DNA of 64,000 nucleotides from Naegleria gruberi (taxonomy: Eukaryota): NCBI GenBank assembly GCA_000004985.1, contig GG738868.1; one strand, written 5' to 3'. Shown here in pieces: positions 28,185-38,617 of this stretch. The translations under genes were made by a program, and so were the position numbers. The notes under the pieces are model-generated. The model saw only the letters and a list, made by a program, of their open reading frames with translations, was not told the DNA's origin and ran no database searches. The number at the start of each line of letters is the position of its first letter. Positions within the stretch are counted from its first letter, which is position 1.

Positions 28185-30077
28185 ATGTCTTCACTGCATA
28201 CTACTAAGAAGGAAACCAAACCAACAAGAAGACCTCTATCTTCAGCAGCTAAGAGATTACTTGAAGATTTGAAACAATTAAATCGTCAAAGTGAGCTCAA
28301 ATACATATCTGCTCAACCACTGTCTAATAATTTATTTGAATGGCATTGTAATCTGTATGGAAATGAAGAATCCATGTATAAGGAGTGTTGTTATCATTTC
28401 ATTATCAAGTTTCCAAAAGATTATCCTCACAATCCACCACAAATTGAAGCATGTTCTGATTTGTTACATCCACAAGTTTACAATAGAAAAGTATGCTTGG
28501 AATTGACTCAACAGAAGGAAGGCACCGAAGAGAATGCAGATGGATGGAGTTGTTCATATACTGTATTTTCAATTCTAATGCAATTGCAATCTTTCTTATT
28601 CGATTCCAAGGTCTCTAATAGACCAATGATTAAAATTGAGCAAAAAGATGCATACAATGTAAAATGCAGCAAATGTGGGCATGTACCAAGAGATGGTAAC
28701 ATATTTCCATATCATGAAATGAATTCCATTTGTTTCTCAGAGTTAAAAAAGGAATTGAGGAATTCTAGACCATCTAAATCAAGTAATAGGAAAAAGGAGA
28801 GAAGTAATATTGTAATTATTGAAAATGAAGAAGATATTGAAAAGATGTACTCAAATCAATCAGGACAATCCACTAGTTCTGTTCCAATCAAGAATGGAAA
28901 TACAATTTCCAAACAAGTACTTTTTCACATTTTCAAATTCTTGGAAAAATCAGAATTGGATTCGACCATGTTTAAAGTTTGCAAGGAATGGAAGGAAATT
29001 TCTCAACATCCTCTCTTTGGTAATAGAGAAAGAATTTGTTACTTTACAAAACAACCATGCAGAGATGAAGAAACCATTTTAGGATATGGTGTCGAACCAA
29101 AGTTTACAAAAACTGGAAGATTGATTAATATTGATTCACCTTATGAATATCTATCTTTTCATTCGTTTAGAAATTTGAACGTGAGAACTAGTGTTTGGAA
29201 TATTTCCTTCCAAAATTGGATTCCAATTCCAGTATTTACAATTCAAATTGGAAATGAATTGAAAAATGTGGAAGAATATTTGTTTAACCTATTTAAGGAT
29301 TGTGTATCAGAAATATATTACTTTCTTCAAAGTGATTCAACAGTTGAATTTCAATCTCTTGATTTGTTAGGTAAAATGATGAACTCTATAATTATTAACA
29401 TTCTCAGAAATCAAAGTCATGCATCTGTCAAAGCACTTGATGCCTACATCAATTTACACAGATGGTTAATTATGTTATGTGAAAAGTATCCAAATGTACT
29501 TTTACTCATTGATGAGAAAATTGAAAAATTCATCCAAGATGAAGAATTTAGAAGTAAGGAACATGTCCCTGCCCTTGGAGAATTCCTCTGCTTACTCTCA
29601 GTTTCAGAAAAGTTCACTTGGGATGAGATGGCACCTGCTATTATTAAGGAATCTCTTGATAGAGGAAGTTTGTGGGGTGTCTTTTCAAATGAAAAATTGA
29701 AAGATGTGATTGAATATCATTTGGAGGAAGATAAGGAAAGAGAACGAATGATTAATACATTCGAGGCAACAAAATCTAATCTGCATAATTTAGCTTTCCA
29801 TAGTTTCCTAATTAGATATTTCAGAATGAAAACTAGAGTTGAAACTGCTGAATATTATGATAGAAATTACTTGACTCCATATATTGTAAATTCAAATGAG
29901 AAGGATCAAGAGAGATTGAGAAGTGCTCTTGTGGAAATTCAATCCAAGATTATTAACTATTATGAATTCTTCAAATATGTTCAAAATGTTGAATTGGATG
30001 AGATTTCAATCATGTTAAAATTAAGAGTTGCCATGAAGAATATGAAAAGAAGAGGATATTATGAAGAAAATAAATAG
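28185..30077 (+). CDS. Ubiquitin-conjugating (UBC/E2) domain protein with a C-terminal extension that contains an F-box-like motif (630 aa).
   Basis: The E2 core is '…AAKRLLEDLKQL…LFEWHCNLYGNEESMYKECCYHFIIKFPKDYPHNPPQIEACSDLLHPQVYNRKVCLEL…WSCSYTVFSILMQLQSFL' (HPN-like loop, active-site Cys, conserved Trp). An F-box-like 'QVLFHIFKFLEKSELDSTMFKVCKEWKEISQHPLF' follows. The true ATG is at 28185. The track start at 28167 is TTG. Confidence 0.65.
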   Translation: MSSLHTTKKETKPTRRPLSSAAKRLLEDLKQLNRQSELKYISAQPLSNNLFEWHCNLYGNEESMYKECCYHFIIKFPKDYPHNPPQIEACSDLLHPQVYNRKVCLELTQQKEGTEENADGWSCSYTVFSILMQLQSFLFDSKVSNRPMIKIEQKDAYNVKCSKCGHVPRDGNIFPYHEMNSICFSELKKELRNSRPSKSSNRKKERSNIVIIENEEDIEKMYSNQSGQSTSSVPIKNGNTISKQVLFHIFKFLEKSELDSTMFKVCKEWKEISQHPLFGNRERICYFTKQPCRDEETILGYGVEPKFTKTGRLINIDSPYEYLSFHSFRNLNVRTSVWNISFQNWIPIPVFTIQIGNELKNVEEYLFNLFKDCVSEIYYFLQSDSTVEFQSLDLLGKMMNSIIINILRNQSHASVKALDAYINLHRWLIMLCEKYPNVLLLIDEKIEKFIQDEEFRSKEHVPALGEFLCLLSVSEKFTWDEMAPAIIKESLDRGSLWGVFSNEKLKDVIEYHLEEDKERERMINTFEATKSNLHNLAFHSFLIRYFRMKTRVETAEYYDRNYLTPYIVNSNEKDQERLRSALVEIQSKIINYYEFFKYVQNVELDEISIMLKLRVAMKNMKRRGYYEENK

Positions 30078-30117
30078 TTGCCTAGTCAACCATACGGTTT
30101 ATTGACATTTGAGGCTC

Positions 30118-31392
30118 CTAATCTACTAATCCTTCAAATTCTCTCTTATCTTTCACTTTAAAGTATGAATAGAGATAGGTTCCAACTACTGTAAATGCAG
30201 AAGACAATAATCCATAAGTAGAAACATGAGTATTGTGAACTGCAAATGATAAAAATGATTCCACAACAGATTTCATTGAAATAGTGACAGAAGTAGTCAA
30301 TGGAGAGGTATAACTAATTAACATGAAATTAGAAATATTGACAACGTATGCTATTAGGGCTGTTGTTGTGAGAATTGCTAAAAACTTTGGTTCAAATAAA
30401 TAATTAACAGAAATTGCCTTTTCAAATTCTCCTGTAAAATAGCAAACAGGGAATAAAAACAAAATGGCACAAACAACGTTATAAATTAGAATAATCCAAT
30501 GATTTCTGTGTGAGGAGGACATTAATTTCTTTAAATAAATTGAATAAAGTGCCATAAAGCAACTGGACATCAATCCAAAAGCAAATCCAATCGACTGCAT
30601 TTTAGAAAGTTGTAATTCTTCAAATCCAGTCATGAAATATCCAATAGCAATCATTAAACATGCTCCAATAATTCTCTTCTGAACTTTTTCTCCCAATAAA
30701 ACTGATGTGAAAATCACCGTGAAACAAATACTAATACTTCTTGCAGTGTGATAGGTGTGAATATCTGCATAATCCAAACACAAATTATTAAAAGTAACCA
30801 TTCCAACATAACACAATGATACAGGAGCTATTTGTACTGCTGTATCAAATTTAAATTCAAAATCTGGTAAGAAACTAAAACAAGTTCTAATTAAATGATT
30901 AGTTTTTTTCAATTTGAATAAATCAATTACCAACCTATTTAAATTATAAGTACAAATAATACACAACAATGAGACAATCAAATGAAACCAAGCCATAGTT
31001 AATGGAAAATGAAATGAATATTCACCCATATCCATCAAGTATTTTGTCAAAAAGACAGATAGAATTGAAGTTACTGAAAAGAAAGAAATGGCCATTCCAA
31101 TTTGTCTTTTTTAAAACATGGGATTAATACCATTTCAACAAATGATGACTTACAAATTTGATGCTTCTTTCCGCAGCAAATGTTGGTGATGAGTGTTTAA
31201 TCTTGCAGAAGTAGGTGATATTGGTTTAAATTCTGTGTTATCCTCCGAATGTGGTGAGTGTTGTCTGTTATTGATTCCTAGTGTTGGTGGCGAGTGGATG
31301 GGTACTTGTTCCTCATCGTCGTCTTGTCTAAGTTTTGTTCTCACCACAAGATTTGGTCCCGAGAGAGAATTGTCATGATGAAGTGAAGACAT
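30118..31392 (-). CDS. SLC35/TPT-family nucleotide-sugar (GDP-fucose-type) transporter with a His/Pro-rich N-terminal extension. complement(join(30118..31105,31154..31392)).
   Basis: The 10-TM body (…FHLIVSLLCIICTYNLNRLV…VGMVTFNNLCLDYADIHTYHTARSISICFTVIF…) is typical of SLC35C/TPT transporters. Upstream exon 1 'MSSLHHDNSLSGPNLVVRTKLRQDDDEEQVP…LLRKEASN' joins through a 48-nt GTAAGT..AAAAAAG intron in phase 2 to 'LQIGMAISFF…'. Starting instead at the internal Met (31095) is also possible. Confidence 0.55.
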
Positions 31393-31484
31393 TTTTTAGT
31401 TGATTTGTTGGTATTCATGTCATAATAACATGAAATATTATTTGCTGATGAGATTCTTTTATTTAGACACTAAGTATTCACATT

Positions 31485-34070
31485 TTAATTACGATGTTGT
31501 GGTGCTGTAGTATGGAAGAGACTGGATTGTTGTTGCTGTTGTTGGTAGGAAGGTCCAATTGTCAAATCAGAGGAAAAAAGTGAGCTATTGGAATTACTGA
31601 AAGGTGTTTGAACAAAATCACGTCTCATCGGTTGTGGAGGAGTAACTGGATTTTGGTGAGCATAAGTTTGTTGGTTTGGCCATTGTTGATACTGTTGAGG
31701 ATACATTGGTTGTTGCATCATAAATCCATTATTAGTATTCATTCTTGGTTGAGGTGAGAAACTATTCATATTGTTCATTCCATTAATACCACCCATATTA
31801 TTCATGTTATTCATGTTGTTCATGGTATTCATATTATTCATACCACCACCAATATTATTATTCATCCAATTCCATTGATTAGATTGTCCAAATAAGTTAA
31901 AATGTGAATTGACGTTTTGGTTATTTGAAAATCCAATACCATGACCACCAGCAAAATAATTACTGTGAGGTTGAGAAATGTGTTGAGGTTGTTGAGCCAT
32001 AAATGGTTCTGAATATTGATTCTGGTTAAAGGCATTATTGAAGGCATTATTAACATGTCCAGGTAAGAATTGATTAAATTGGAATGCGTTATTCATTGGT
32101 TGCCAATTACTATTAAATCCATTGTTTTGTTGATTTGGAGGGGATGGAGATTTTCCAGTAGGGGTTGGTTGCACAATTGGATCATTGTTATTCACAATTT
32201 GATCCTGATGGTTCAAAGGATTATGGATTGGTTGTGGTGAGGTCATCATTGTATTGTTGGTTGAGGTGTTTCCTGACGACATTGTATCATTGGAAGAAAC
32301 ATCTGTTTCAGTACTTTGATTTGAGGTAACCGAGTTATTACTTGGTATTGGAGGAGGTTCAACAACAGTTGATGGCTTTACCGTGATTGTCCTTGGTTTC
32401 TTTTCGTTAATGGTCGGTTTGGCTTGATATCTCGGAAATTGCTCAGGAGTAATCTTTACATCACTCATATCATTTTCGAATAGCACTTGAGTAATTTCTT
32501 GTTCATTCTCTGGCTCCTCTTCATAAGATGAATCTTGATCTTGTTTCACCTCTTCAACTTGCTTTTGGGCAGAGGCTTCCTTCTTTTTCTGCTTTTCCTT
32601 CTTTACAATTTCTATCATTTCCTTTTCTATCTTTTTCCTTTCCTCTTCCATTTTCTTTTGCTTTTCAAGTTCTTGTTTCTTTTTTTCTTGCTCTTTCTTT
32701 TTCTTTAACTTCTTTTCTGACTTTTCCTTTTCACTCATCTCTTCCTCTTCAATAAGCTTGGCCTGCATATCTAAAGCTTGTTTTTCTTTGAAAGCAGTCA
32801 AAATATTCTCATAAAAGGATTTAGCAGCAAACCAATGAAAGACTCTTCTACTTTCTCTCCATTTAATATAAGAATCTTCAGGATTTTCACTTTCTATCTC
32901 AGAATCCTCGTCCACGTCCTCTTCATCATCACTCTCCTCACCTGATATTTCATGGTCAGTATCTTCATCCTCGGAACATTGATCATCATCGTCCTCGTCA
33001 TTGTCGTCTTCATATTCATCATCCTCTGAATTATTATTATTATTATTTTTCTTATCCTTGTTCAATATTAAATTTTCCAAATTATTGTGTTTGATATTAT
33101 GTTCAAATTTTTGTAATAAATGGATAATATCGTTGGATTCGTTTTGCTTTATCCAATCCTCGGAGATTGTTATGATACCTTCTCGACTGATCGAAAGATT
33201 CTTTCCAAAGTCATACTGAACACTATCTTCTTGACTATCTTCAGGTTGAATAGGTGGAGGTGGTGGTAAATGCTGATTATTTTGTTGTGAACCGTTTTTC
33301 GAATCTATTGGTTCGGTGTTTGAACCATTAGTTTGACTCTGTTTAGAAATAGCCTTTTCTCTATTATCCTCTGTGATATCTTCAATAATAGGACTACTTG
33401 CTTTGTCATTTGGATTTACTTTTGTTGTAGAATAGTATTTTACAGTTTTTTCAATAACTCGTACGTTACCACTTTTCTTTACGGTTGTTGTGGTTAACAT
33501 TTCAGTTCCATTGCTGATGACGGTTCTCTTAGTTGTTTTTGGACTTCGTGAGTTGTTGCGAAGTTTAGATCTGTCTGATGAGTTGGAGGTGCTACAAAAA
33601 TTGAATACACAATCAACATGATTCTGATATGCAAGTTCTTTGCAGTAATCAGTAAAAAGTCTATCCAATTCTCTATCAAGAATAGATTTGTTTCTACCAC
33701 AAACAGTGCACGAACACACTCTTTGATATTGTTCCTTTGTCTTTTTTAGCAATGAACAGGCATCAACATGAAGAAGTTTTTTCCTTGTGCCAAAGTTTAA
33801 TGTTCTCCAAAAATCATTTAGAGTAGTGATTTGTGATTCAAGAGTTGTTGATCGTTTGACAGTCTGTGGTTGCGGAGCAGAAGATTTTTCGCTCTTGGAC
33901 TGACTTTTAGATGTACTCTTTTTCTTACTATTAGAACTCTGTGATGATGAAAATAATGATGATGTAAAATATTTATAAATTTTGTTGTTGTTGTTAGTTA
34001 GAGAGAAAAGGAGGCATTATAATAATGAGTAACTGCATGGTACGGAATTCTCTTACCTTTTTAGAGGGCA
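31485..34070 (-). CDS. Large Q/N-rich low-complexity protein (about 822 aa) with a Cys-rich N-terminal motif (VCSCTVCGRNK) and a central K/E coiled-coil. complement(join(31485..33938,34056..34070)).
   Basis: A 15-nt first exon ATGCCCTCTAAAAAG with a GTAAGA donor, a 117-nt intron ending CATCACAG, then an open frame 'SSNSKKKSTSKSQ…LLHVDACSLLKKTKEQYQRVCSCTVCGRNKSILDRELDRLF…' running into the track ORF, which starts at a TTG. No family is recognised. Confidence 0.45.
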
Positions 34071-34345
34071 TTTTTTTGTTTTGATTAAAAAATAGCCTGG
34101 CGGAAGAAGCCAACAAAACTTCATATTAGATCTTGTTCTGTACTCACACTGTGTGGTCAAACAAGCAGCAGCTTTAAAAGTAATATTTGTCAACAACAAT
34201 TCCGATTTAATCAATAGGTTTAATTGGAATTTGAGAACTCAAAGAGTCATACTGCCATTTAACTCTATTTTTATATAGTCTTCATTGATGAAGCAAGAAG
34301 CACTTTCTAATTGGCTGAACAAGTCGTTAAAATCTTTACAAAAAA

Positions 34346-35305
34346 ATGAGTACACCATCATGGAAACGTAAAGACAATACATACTGTAAGTATTGTCAGC
34401 AGTGGATTCGTGATACACCCTCCGAAAAAAGAAACCATGAAAGATCTAAACATCACGTAATTAATGTACAAAAACATATCAATAATCAACAAATTTCGGA
34501 AAGAAATAAACAAAAGGAAGAACAACGAAATCGGAAAATAGTGGATAACATTGAAAGGAAAGTACAATCGGGTTCTAATGGTGAAAATCAATATTATCAA
34601 GCCTTTTTAAAACATCAACAAGAAATGGATAAACTTCCTTCTGTTGTTATGGAGAATGTTTTTAATAGTTTTACAAATCAACAACAAGCAGATGATACTC
34701 CCCATCCTCCTAAAGAACCTCAACAAGATGATGTAATACAAGAGCCAGAGCAGTCTGACTCTTTTGAATGTAATGACCTACCTCTAGGAGCGATTGTCAA
34801 ATCTATCAAACCAGTGGAAACACATGTAGCACCAAAGACAAGTGCTCCTAAAAAAAAGACATATACTGAACCAACTGAGATTGGAAGTTATTATGACGAC
34901 CCAAATTTCTTTTACTATGAGCAAGAGGAAGAAAAAGAGGAGAAAGAAAAAGTAGAGGAGCAACCAATTGAGGAAGTGATAAGGAAGGAGAAACCAAAAT
35001 CAGACTGGAAAAATCAATATTCGAATGCTACTACAGCTTCAGCAAATACTTTTGGTCAATGGGAAATTGTTCAAGTATCCAAGATTGAAGCAGATGCTCC
35101 TTCTGAAAGTAATTCATCTGCCTCCTCCACCAAAACTCACCAAAACAAAGACGAACACGAAGAGGATCAATTTGGAGGAAGTTACAACATACCAGAAACA
35201 AAGAAGAGAAAGAATGAAACAATTGAGGAGTCTTCTAAAAAGGTGAAGAGCGAGGATAATGCACCACGTAAACCTCTTTCTTTTTCACTTGCAAAAAAGA
35301 AGTAA
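34346..35305 (+). CDS. U1-type (matrin-like) C2H2 zinc-finger protein, WBP4/FBP21-like at the N-terminus.
   Basis: 'MSTPSWKRKDNTYCKYCQQWIRDTPSEKRNHERSKHHVINVQKHI' matches the WBP4 N-terminus (M..YWK…YCDYCK.WIADN…HE.G..HK.NV.K.I). The remainder is low-complexity and acidic. Confidence 0.5.
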   Translation: MSTPSWKRKDNTYCKYCQQWIRDTPSEKRNHERSKHHVINVQKHINNQQISERNKQKEEQRNRKIVDNIERKVQSGSNGENQYYQAFLKHQQEMDKLPSVVMENVFNSFTNQQQADDTPHPPKEPQQDDVIQEPEQSDSFECNDLPLGAIVKSIKPVETHVAPKTSAPKKKTYTEPTEIGSYYDDPNFFYYEQEEEKEEKEKVEEQPIEEVIRKEKPKSDWKNQYSNATTASANTFGQWEIVQVSKIEADAPSESNSSASSTKTHQNKDEHEEDQFGGSYNIPETKKRKNETIEESSKKVKSEDNAPRKPLSFSLAKKK

Positions 35306-35422
35306 ACCACTTTTCAGAATTCTCATAATCGTTAGTTTTGTACATAATAACCATTTTTAGCTTCATTAGTCCCTTAATAAGTATATGTGAATATAAACAG
35401 ATTTTAAACATCCTCAATGTAA

Positions 35423-35495
35423 GTACCCTTGGCTCAATTGGAAGAGCATCGGCCTACGGAGCCGGGGGTTGTGGGTTCGAGTCCCACAGGGTATA
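35423..35495 (+). tRNA. tRNA-Arg(ACG): tRNA-Arg (anticodon ACG), 73 nt, no intron.
   Basis: Manual cloverleaf fold: acceptor GTACCCT/AGGGTAT (G1-U72 wobble); D-arm GCTC-AATTGGAA-GAGC; anticodon arm TCGGC-CTACGGA-GCCGG with U33 and anticodon A34-C35-G36; variable loop GGGTT; T-arm GTGGG-TTCGAGT-CCCAC; discriminator A. Confidence 0.85.
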
Positions 35496-35497
35496 AC

Positions 35498-35501
35498 TTT
35501 T
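35498..35501 (+). terminator. Pol III terminator T-run (TTTT) 3 nt downstream of the tRNA-Arg.
   Basis: '…GGGTATA|ac TTTT gtattttg' immediately after the discriminator base. Confidence 0.4.
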
Positions 35502-35674
35502 GTATTTTGTCTTGATTGTAAGTTTTATTCTTTCCATAAAATCTAAATCCCTCTTTATTAAGGATGGCGTACAAAAGAAACCTTTCTTCTTTCTCTTCAA
35601 ACCAACCGTAAAAACGATCACAACATTGTTGGCGCCTAAAAGTACATTTTTAATTTCAAAAATAACTACAAAAA

Positions 35675-37159
35675 ATGTTCAAAAGTGGTGTTGTTGGAGG
35701 TCTCACAAGAGAATTAAATTATTCAATTAATCAGAGAAGAAAACAAGAGGCACAACGCGATACATACAATAACATTACTCGGGTTGACGCCAAACAAAGA
35801 CTAGTTGCGGACTGGGAAAGTAAAACAACACTTAAAATACAACAAGGACAACTTCAACAACGATTGGACCAATTAAGAAAACAAAAGGAAGATGACTTGG
35901 AAAGAAGAAGAGCAATGCTCGCCGAAAAACTTGCCACAGAAGATGAAGAGTATAAAATGGAATTGGAATCAAAGCAAGAAACAACCGAAGAGAGACGTAA
36001 AAAACTAGAATCACGTGCTAAGGAACTTAAGGAACAACGTTTGCAAAGAGATCAAATGGTTGCCAGTGATAAATTACATCAACGTTTCATTCAAAATAAC
36101 GATATTCTGAGAGATGCCAAATCAAGGACAAACACCTTAAAGGTTGCTTCCGATAGAATGAGACAACAGGAGGAAAAGGAAGAGCACAAAATGATAGAAA
36201 AAGAAAGAGAAGAGTACTTTGACAGATTATGGGAAGAGGATCGTATGAAGAAGGAAGAAAGAGAACGCCAAGAACGTGAAAAACAATTACTCATGAATGA
36301 ACAATTAAAGAATACTCTTGATGAACAAAAGAGAAGATTAGAAGAAAATAAGGATGAAATTCAAAGATTGAAAGAAGAGGAAGGAAGGTTATTGAAACAA
36401 AAATGGGCTCTAGAAGAGGACAATGAAAGAAGAAAGCTCAAAGATAAGCAAGATAAATTGAGAGAAATGAGAAACAGAGTTGAAAGATTTAACTCTGTCA
36501 ATAGAAAGCAAAAGGAGGACGAAATGAGAAAAGAAAGACAAGCTGATCTTGAATTCTTGAACCAAATCCTCGAGCAAAAGAATCTTGAAGAAATTAGGGA
36601 GAAAACTAAAAGAGATCGTATCAAGGAAGAAGCTAGACAATACCAACAATGGATTATGGAACAAATGAAGAGAGAAGAAGAAGATACAAGAGTTATTGAC
36701 GATCTTATCATGCAAGAAAATGAAAGATCATGGCAAAAGAGACTCGAGCAATGGAGCAAGGAACAAAAAGCTCGAGAAAAGTTAATGCAGGAAGTGATGG
36801 ATGAAAGAAGAAATCAAATTCAAAATCGCTTAGAGGAAGCCAAGAAGAGAAGGGAAGAAAGTTTAATAGAAAGAGATAGGCTTAAGAGGGAAATGGTTGA
36901 ATCTCAATTGCAACAACAACAAGAACAAGAGGAAAAGAAGAAATTACTGAAAGAAAATCAAGGTGACATTTTGGATCAAATCAAATTTAATGACTACAGA
37001 CATCAAGAAAAGCAAAAACAAAAAGTTGCTGAACAACGAGCTCAAATGTTTGCAGAACAAATGTATCAACAAAAGTTAAAAGAGGAATTAGACAAGCTCG
37101 ATAGAGAAAAGCCATCCCAGTTTGCACATTTACGAACAAGAAAGAATAATATCTTTTAA
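35675..37159 (+). CDS. Coiled-coil E/R/K/Q-rich protein with a trichohyalin-plectin-homology (TPH) type repeat, of the trichoplein/MNS1/CFAP53-like class.
   Basis: 494-aa ORF that is almost entirely ER/EK/QR heptad-rich (…RRAMLAEKLATEDEEYKMELESKQETTEERRKKLESRAKELKEQRLQRDQM…). It has the composition and periodicity of TPH domains. The call rests on composition, not a motif. Confidence 0.45.
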   Translation: MFKSGVVGGLTRELNYSINQRRKQEAQRDTYNNITRVDAKQRLVADWESKTTLKIQQGQLQQRLDQLRKQKEDDLERRRAMLAEKLATEDEEYKMELESKQETTEERRKKLESRAKELKEQRLQRDQMVASDKLHQRFIQNNDILRDAKSRTNTLKVASDRMRQQEEKEEHKMIEKEREEYFDRLWEEDRMKKEERERQEREKQLLMNEQLKNTLDEQKRRLEENKDEIQRLKEEEGRLLKQKWALEEDNERRKLKDKQDKLREMRNRVERFNSVNRKQKEDEMRKERQADLEFLNQILEQKNLEEIREKTKRDRIKEEARQYQQWIMEQMKREEEDTRVIDDLIMQENERSWQKRLEQWSKEQKAREKLMQEVMDERRNQIQNRLEEAKKRREESLIERDRLKREMVESQLQQQQEQEEKKKLLKENQGDILDQIKFNDYRHQEKQKQKVAEQRAQMFAEQMYQQKLKEELDKLDREKPSQFAHLRTRKNNIF

Positions 37160-37186
37160 TAGTACAAATATAAATATATTCACAAA

Positions 37187-37714
37187 TTATTGTTGCTCAT
37201 TTTCTTGGCTGAGATAAAGAGTTTTCATTGATTCCATAATTGAATCAGATAAATCAATAATTAATTGTAAACTAGCATCAGATGTACAAATAAAAGAAAT
37301 ATATAAAAATTCTCCCATTTCATCATCATCCTCTTCTTCTGATTTCTTTTCATCTCCAGTATTTGCTGATTCTGTATACATTTGAAGGATTGAATAATCG
37401 TTATAACAACTAATAATATATTTGTTTTTTCCAAAAGGTAATTTGTTTGCTTGTTCAGCAGCTAATATATGTGTGGCAGGAAATGTTGTATCAAATTCAA
37501 TTTGACATTCCTCTGAATATCCTCGTGAAATAATATTACCATCGGAATCAGCTACTAATATCGAAACAAGTCCATCAATTCTCTTGAATAATTTTTCAAA
37601 GAATGGATTATTCTTAAATCTTTGTTCTTCCATAAATTGTTGTTGTTGTTTCAGACTCTGTGAGAGTTGTTGCATATTTTGCTGTTTGAGACTTGATGAT
37701 AAGAGACTACTCAT
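37187..37714 (-). CDS. LAMTOR3: Ragulator subunit LAMTOR3 (MP1)-like roadblock-fold protein with a Q-rich N-terminal extension.
   Basis: '…LVSILVADSDGNIISRG…THILAAEQANKLPFGKNKYIISCYNDYSILQMYTESANTGDEKK…FLYISFICTSDASLQLIIDLS' parallels LAMTOR3 (IVVSDRDGVPV…ATDQGSKLGLSKNKSIICYYNTYQVVQF…LVVSFIASSSANTGLIVSL). Confidence 0.6.
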   Translation of the reverse strand: MSSLLSSSLKQQNMQQLSQSLKQQQQFMEEQRFKNNPFFEKLFKRIDGLVSILVADSDGNIISRGYSEECQIEFDTTFPATHILAAEQANKLPFGKNKYIISCYNDYSILQMYTESANTGDEKKSEEEDDDEMGEFLYISFICTSDASLQLIIDLSDSIMESMKTLYLSQENEQQ

Positions 37715-37898
37715 TTTTTATTGTTGTTATTTTTAATCATCTCACCTTTCTTTCTTGAAATTTGGAGATTTTTCATCATCACAATCAAATATTAATCATT
37801 TGTTGTACTATTTAAACAATTTTCAGCTTTAAAACTGATAGTAATATCACACTTGTTAAATTATTATCGGTTATATTCACTTGTTAGAAAATTGATTT

Positions 37899-38387
37899 CT
37901 AATTTGTTTTTGGTGGAGGCATTAAATGTTGATCCGAAAGGCTTTGATCACCATTTAGCATGACATTCTCTTCTTCACTACTATTAACAATATTATTATT
38001 ACTCATAGAAAAAGATGAATGATGAATATTAATTGGAACTGGATCCCAAATTAAAGACGATTCATCAACAAATTCAATTCTTCCATAGGAAAGACATGAA
38101 GTATCCCTCTCTCTACGTCCCTTCTTATCAAACTTGAGAAATAGAGATGAATCTGAGAATATCCTGTCCTTCTCCTTGATTTTGTATGTTGATGAAGAGG
38201 TTGAAGCTGATGATGATGATTTTCCTCTCTGTGATGATTTGTTTGATAAATAGCCATCGTAGCCTTTGATTGCATTACCATTATGCCATGTATCTTGAAT
38301 GTAATTCTCCTCCGATTGATAGATTTCTTGTTGGAGAATCTTTAATTCGTCCTCTAATTTTTGTCTCCTTCTCAAAAGTTCTTCCAT
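37899..38387 (-). CDS. EAF6: EAF6/MEAF6-like NuA4 histone acetyltransferase complex subunit.
   Basis: 'MEELLRRRQKLEDELKILQQEIYQSEENYIQDTWHNGNAIKGYDGYLS…KEKDRIFSDSS' matches EAF6 (…L.ELV.RKQELAE.L.NLERQIY..E.SYLEDT..YGNII.G.D.YL…ERLFS.SS). The first ATG is at 38385-38387. The track ORF starts 5 codons upstream at a GTG. Confidence 0.6.
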   Translation of the reverse strand: MEELLRRRQKLEDELKILQQEIYQSEENYIQDTWHNGNAIKGYDGYLSNKSSQRGKSSSSASTSSSTYKIKEKDRIFSDSSLFLKFDKKGRRERDTSCLSYGRIEFVDESSLIWDPVPINIHHSSFSMSNNNIVNSSEEENVMLNGDQSLSDQHLMPPPKTN

Positions 38388-38617
38388 CCATACAGTACAC
38401 ACTCAATAAGAAAATTCTTTTCAATTTCAAAAATAAAAATTAATATTATATGAAAATAATTCAATAATGATTTTTATTCAAAAGGCAAGCCAAAGTTGGG
38501 ACATTATTATTCAAATTTCCAATTAAATTGCTTTGTGGAATGAATGCGAAAACAAAAACAATACGATTTGAATAAGAAATTTCACTTTAACATGGTAAAT
38601 AAAAGAAATTGTATTGT

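Noticed and set aside
36361-36759. Ser/Leu-rich minus-strand ORFs (132 and 101 aa) inside the TPH coiled-coil gene
   Set aside because: They are antisense translations of GAA/AGA-rich coding sequence, which gives TTC/TCT-rich (S/L/F) frames. They are expected shadows of a K/E/R-rich gene.
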